Shown here piece by piece: positions 52,721-56,488 of a stretch of DNA of 56,488 bases. A program made the position numbers and the translations under genes. Positions within the stretch are counted from its first letter, which is position 1. The number at the start of each line of letters is the position of its first letter. Below the pieces are notes generated by a model. It searched no databases, was not told where the DNA came from, and worked only from the letters and a program-made list of their open reading frames with translations. The DNA is from a virus. Its lineage: Duplodnaviria; Caudoviricetes. The stretch covers positions 1-56,488 of IMG/VR virus record IMGVR_UViG_3300044701_000673. One strand, 5' to 3'.

Positions 52721-53413
52721 TCACTTCTTTTTCTTGCCCGCCTCAGACATGGCAATGGCGATGGCCTGCTTGCGGCTCTTGACCATCGGGCCAGACTTGC
52801 TGCCCGAGTGCAGATCGCCAGCCTTGAACTCGCCCATGACGCGGCTCACCTTGGCTTCCTGCTTGGGGGTCATGCCGCCGCGCTTCATCATGGTCTTCGG
52901 ACCGGGAAGGTCTGGCGCGGTGTGCATCTTGGTCTCGCCGGGGTTCTTGTTCCCCTCAATGCCAAGCTTGCTCTTGTCCTTGATCATGCCGCCCGCCATT
53001 GCCTTGATCATCGGCTCGCTGCGGTTGGTCGGGTATTGCTTACGCATCGGCATGTCGCTCTTCAGCTTGGCCTCGTCGTAGCGCATTTCCTTGCGGACGC
53101 GCGACATCTCCTCGCCTGCATCCTTACGCTCGCTGCGGGTTTCCTGCTTAATGCGGGACATCTCAGCGCGCTCGTTGCGCATCGCGTCCTTGGCCTTAGC
53201 AGCGCCACCCATGGCCATCTTGGTCAGAGGCTCGCCCTTGTGCATGCTCTTTTCATGCTTGTGGACGGCGGTCTTCATCATGGCCTTGTCTTTGGCCACG
53301 TCGGCGTGACCGCCGCGCGCGTAACCCTTGACCATGGTTTTGCCGGTCGAGCCAGTAAACCCGCACTCGCTGGGAAACTGGAAGTCCGACACGTATTTCA
53401 GAGACTTGCTCAT
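52721..53413 (-). CDS. Basic K/M-rich protein with C-terminal DUF6496-like domain
   Basis: KVSRVMGEFKAGDLHSG..VKSRKQAIAIAMSEA; four xxxGG motifs. Confidence 0.7.
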   Translation of the reverse strand: MSKSLKYVSDFQFPSECGFTGSTGKTMVKGYARGGHADVAKDKAMMKTAVHKHEKSMHKGEPLTKMAMGGAAKAKDAMRNERAEMSRIKQETRSERKDAGEEMSRVRKEMRYDEAKLKSDMPMRKQYPTNRSEPMIKAMAGGMIKDKSKLGIEGNKNPGETKMHTAPDLPGPKTMMKRGGMTPKQEAKVSRVMGEFKAGDLHSGSKSGPMVKSRKQAIAIAMSEAGKKKK

Positions 53414-53670
53414 TTCACGCTCCTATCAGAGTGATAACCTTCGATCAGCCGATCCAGTTTCGCGTCCAAAACCTCAAGCCGGGTCATCACCCGATTGATG
53501 TCAGCGTGCACCTCGACCTTGGTGACATATTCTTTGGCGACTTCTTCGCGTGTACGGTTCAGCAGGATGGTGATCCGGTTGAGTTCGTAGGATTTCTCCT
53601 TGAGAACCCAACCGATCAAACCCAGCAACACGGACAAGACGGTGTTCCACAGCATGACTTCTGACATCAC
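53410..53670 (-). CDS. Membrane-anchored coiled-coil protein
   Basis: N-terminal TM, LLNRTREEVAKEYVTK, RLE.LDAKLDRL. Confidence 0.7.
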   Translation of the reverse strand: MMSEVMLWNTVLSVLLGLIGWVLKEKSYELNRITILLNRTREEVAKEYVTKVEVHADINRVMTRLEVLDAKLDRLIEGYHSDRSVK

Positions 53671-53676
53671 ATCACC

Positions 53677-54090
53677 TTACGGCTGCGTGCCATAGGTCTT
53701 GATGCACTCCATCGTGATGGTGTAGCGATCACCTGCCGCTGCGCCGACCGTGGTAAACAAGACGTCTCCGGTCTTGCCAGCGCCTGCGTTATTCGGAAGC
53801 CCGCCAAACGACGAGTAATCCATCAGGTAGAACTGGTTTTCCGGGATTGTCTCGCAGATCAAGTCGGTGGTGGCATCCCACAGGATGTCAACCGCCATGC
53901 CTTGCGTCTGCGCCCAGATCTTGTTGATCTTGACGCCGTTACAGGCATTCCCGGCTGCGTTTGGGTTCAGGGTGGAGACGTCGATCTTTACGACCGCCGT
54001 TTCGCCCCCGCTGTCAGAGATGTTCGTGAACTTTCCGATGAACAGCCGCTCACCGTCAAGGATGGTTTGTGAAGTGACTGCGTCAGCCAT
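53677..54090 (-). CDS. Structural-operon hypothetical protein
   Basis: MADAVTSQTI.DG, FTNISD..GE, FGGLPNNAG.GKTGD. Confidence 0.75.
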   Translation of the reverse strand: MADAVTSQTILDGERLFIGKFTNISDSGGETAVVKIDVSTLNPNAAGNACNGVKINKIWAQTQGMAVDILWDATTDLICETIPENQFYLMDYSSFGGLPNNAGAGKTGDVLFTTVGAAAGDRYTITMECIKTYGTQP

Positions 54091-54262
54091 CTTGTGCTCC
54101 TAGCTCCGTTTGCTGCTCAGGCTCAGGCGCATCCAAGCGCCTGAGCAACATCTGGTAGGCTGAAATTGTGGCTTGAGCCTGAACCACAAAGGTGTTCGCC
54201 CTTTGCAATTCTTTTTCAAGCTCAGCGATCTCACCGACCAAAAAGTCTTTGGTTATCTGCAT
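54083..54262 (-). CDS. Small hypothetical protein (59 aa, not in ORF track)
   Basis: TGATG coupling; MQITKDFLVGEIAELEKELQRANTFVVQAQATISAYQMLL. Confidence 0.65.
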   Translation of the reverse strand: MQITKDFLVGEIAELEKELQRANTFVVQAQATISAYQMLLRRLDAPEPEQQTELGAQDG

Positions 54263-54861
54263 CAGCTAAACGATGCGTAAGCCGCCACATAGTAGTCCGT
54301 ACCACCGATGCGGACTTTGATCGCCTTCGAAACAGTTGCCACAGCCGTCGCAGTCGGAGCAATGGTGGCTGCAGGCCCGGTTTCAATGTTCAGGAGGTTC
54401 TGGACTTCACCAGTTTGAGAACCGCTGTCGGTTACCCGAATGAACGAAGAGGCGGCACCCAGCGTGACGTTGGTGCTGTAGTCGGTGTCGAGCTGCATGA
54501 CGGCAAGCGTGCCGCCGGGGGTCGTTGCCGTGCCGCCCAAGGTTGCACGGATCGCGTTGGCAGCGCCAGAGATGGTGCCGGTGGTGTTGATTGAGGTGCT
54601 GATGTGAGCGCCATTGATCGTGCCGCCGGTGGCTGCACCAGCGCCGGTGACCACGGAGAACGCACGCAGCGTTTCACCAGATCCGGTCGAAGTGAAGCTC
54701 AGACGCTGATAAGACAGACGAGTATCGCCGGTAGCGGCCGAGGTGGTGCCATAGGCGCTGGAGATGTTGGCTGCGGTCGTAACAGACACTGGAGCGGACG
54801 AGGTGCCGCTGGAGAAGCCATTCAGCGAGTTTACTGGACCCGAAAAAGTCGTATTAGCCAT
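54262..54861 (-). CDS. Putative head fibre / decoration protein
   Basis: MANTTFSGPV.S.NGF N-motif, T/S/A/G-rich; GAGGA RBS. Confidence 0.65.
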   Translation of the reverse strand: MANTTFSGPVNSLNGFSSGTSSAPVSVTTAANISSAYGTTSAATGDTRLSYQRLSFTSTGSGETLRAFSVVTGAGAATGGTINGAHISTSINTTGTISGAANAIRATLGGTATTPGGTLAVMQLDTDYSTNVTLGAASSFIRVTDSGSQTGEVQNLLNIETGPAATIAPTATAVATVSKAIKVRIGGTDYYVAAYASFS

Positions 54862-54945
54862 TGGATGTTCCTCTTTTGCACGAGTCGCCTGTCAGTCTGT
54901 GCATCGTCCGCTGGGCCGGTCTGACAAGCTGGGTGTAGTCCCAGA

Positions 54946-55551
54946 CTAGGAATACTTTAGCACATAAGCCTGAGCCTTGACTAGTAGCGCAGGGTCGTCA
55001 TTGAAAAGGCCGAGAGCCGTATTGCAGTTTGAGCAGAGCAGCGCGCGAACGCTCCCCGTTGCGTGGCAGTGGTCAACCGCCAAATCCTTAATCTTGCCCG
55101 ATGCCTTGTCTGGTCTTCTCTCTGGTTTGCCACAAATTGCGCAAACATTGTCTTGCTCGCGAAGCATCTCCTGATAGCGGAAGGCATCTACACCTAAAGA
55201 CTCCCACTTTAATTGCTTGGCGTAATGCGCGTGGCAAAGGCCTTTGGCATACAGGGTATTGTCGCAGCTCTCTATGATGCATTTTTTCATAGATTTTGCG
55301 CGAGTTCCGGGTCTGACATGCCCGTGGCGCAAAAGCCTTTGATAATGCATCTTGCACAGACCCTTGGCCTTGACGGGCTCCGAACACCCATCCTCTTCGC
55401 ATTCAGGCAATTTCTGCATAACGCGCGCCCTGATTGGCTCACTAGGCGACGATCCTCGTTTGAACTGAGCGTAATGAGAGGGGCAGTACCCCCTCGCATG
55501 ATTTTGTCGGCCGCAGCCAGAAACAGTGCAAGAACTGCGCTTGTTTTTCAT
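54946..55551 (-). CDS. Endonuclease VII-type (HNH) homing-like nuclease with three N-terminal Cys/His repeats
   Basis: Three C-x4-C..A[RK]G.C..HY repeats; CAIC, LAVDHCH.TG.VR.LLC..CN..LG...DD. Confidence 0.88.
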   Translation of the reverse strand: MKNKRSSCTVSGCGRQNHARGYCPSHYAQFKRGSSPSEPIRARVMQKLPECEEDGCSEPVKAKGLCKMHYQRLLRHGHVRPGTRAKSMKKCIIESCDNTLYAKGLCHAHYAKQLKWESLGVDAFRYQEMLREQDNVCAICGKPERRPDKASGKIKDLAVDHCHATGSVRALLCSNCNTALGLFNDDPALLVKAQAYVLKYS

Positions 55552-55557
55552 AAGAAA

Positions 55558-55599
55558 GCCTCCCCGATGCTTAGGATTGTATCCTAGTATCGGGGAGGC
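55558..55599 (-). terminator. Hairpin after the capsid gene that overlaps the nuclease RBS
   Basis: GCCTCCCCGAT / ATCGGGGAGGC stem with inner TAGGAT / ATCCTA, followed by TTTCTT and ATG. Confidence 0.7.
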
Positions 55600-55641
55600 C
55601 ATTTTACAAGAAGCCAAAAACTGTTAGTTTTCAGCTACTTA

Positions 55642-56488
55642 TCAGACGCCAGCCGTTCCATAAACGCCTCTTGGATCGGTCCATCCAAATACATAGCGTT
55701 CTGTTGCCTTATAGCGCATCGAGTCGGTTTCGAAGTCACCTTCCATCGACTTTTCAAGGCCGCGACGCATCAGCAGCTTCAGGCCTTCCGGCGCATCAGT
55801 CTGGATCCACCAAGCGGTGGTCGAGGTGATACGCGACAGGTTGGCTTGGCCGTCCGACAGCAGACCCATGGACTTCACGGGGTTGATGTCGTTGTCGGCG
55901 GTGCCGGTACGCAGAACCGACTTCAGCAGCACTTCGGCTTGGAAGACGTTCGACGGACCCGTCACGATCTTCTTCGGCGTCAGGCGGATACGCTTGCCGT
56001 TGTTGTCAACAGCGTTGCGGATCTGGATGAGCAGCTGCTCCAGCGAGGTCTGCGAGAGAGCCGCCGGGGTGGTCAGCTGGTTGCTGAAGGTGCCGTTGAC
56101 GATCGGGTGCGAGGCGCTCACCAGAGCCACACCGTCGCCGCCCGGATAGGCAGCGTTGAAGGCGCGGTTCAGGATGTTGGCACCCAGCGTTTCCTTCGTT
56201 TCGATCAGCGACTGAGCCAAGTGCTTGGCGTAGGTCTGACCGATACGAATGTGATCGCCGTCCTCAACAAGAACCTTGGTCAGCGAGAACGCCAGACCGT
56301 AGACCTTGTAGAGGTAGCGCTGCAGGAACAGCACGCCGCCGGACTGGTAGGACACAGCCATGCCGTCGGGCAGTTCCGGCGCAGCGCCAAAACCATAGAG
56401 CACAGGCTCTTCATGGTAGTTGCGCGGAATGCCTTTCTGCTCACGGAACACCATGTTCCATTCGTCGGCGCGCTGATTGTAGACGCCG
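55642..56488 (-). CDS. Major capsid protein, C-terminal part
   Basis: EEP.LYGFG.AP, YGLAFSLTK..VED, GANILNRAF, GGDG..L.S..HP, LSQTSLEQ..I.I, YKATERY.FGWTDPRG.YG. Confidence 0.88.
   Translation of the reverse strand, partial: GVYNQRADEWNMVFREQKGIPRNYHEEPVLYGFGAAPELPDGMAVSYQSGGVLFLQRYLYKVYGLAFSLTKVLVEDGDHIRIGQTYAKHLAQSLIETKETLGANILNRAFNAAYPGGDGVALVSASHPIVNGTFSNQLTTPAALSQTSLEQLLIQIRNAVDNNGKRIRLTPKKIVTGPSNVFQAEVLLKSVLRTGTADNDINPVKSMGLLSDGQANLSRITSTTAWWIQTDAPEGLKLLMRRGLEKSMEGDFETDSMRYKATERYVFGWTDPRGVYGTAGV
56384..56488. repeat. Terminal direct repeat, copy 2
   Basis: Matches 1-105 with two substitutions. Confidence 0.97.

Noticed and set aside
54121-54146. Perfect 10-bp hairpin as a terminator
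   Set aside because: It lies inside the 59-aa CDS 54083-54262 and has no U-tract

Overview
The window looks like the complete, circularly permuted genome (about 56,383 bp unique) of a GC-rich tailed dsDNA phage. Bases 1-105 repeat at 56384-56488 and the major capsid gene spans the junction. It is probably podovirus-like: there are portal, terminase, adaptor/nozzle and four large ejection-type proteins, but no recognisable tape measure, tail tube, integrase or DNA polymerase. Almost all genes are on the minus strand, apart from a short plus-strand early block (20978-23894). The modules are head (capsid, scaffold, GroES, portal, terminases), replication/recombination (primase-helicase, SSB, PD-(D/E)XK exonuclease, RuvC-like resolvase, iteron-like origin) and lysis (GH19 endolysin, 3TM holin). 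The most notable features are: (1) a tail-linked operon of three RCC1 beta-propeller paralogues with exchanged DNA patches, coupled to a sulfotransferase-TPR-GT9-like fusion, a GT25-like enzyme and an ADP-heptose-type sugar pathway; (2) a 1519-aa polyvalent protein between terminase and portal, with modules delimited by a [FYM]AxGG motif that recurs in other putative virion cargo proteins; (3) a DpdA-like plus YhhQ-like pair suggesting 7-deazaguanine DNA modification by precursor salvage; (4) a duplicated early promoter/leader cassette; (5) a hairpin that hides the ribosome-binding site of an EndoVII homing-type nuclease. All family assignments are by-eye motif recognition, not database hits.
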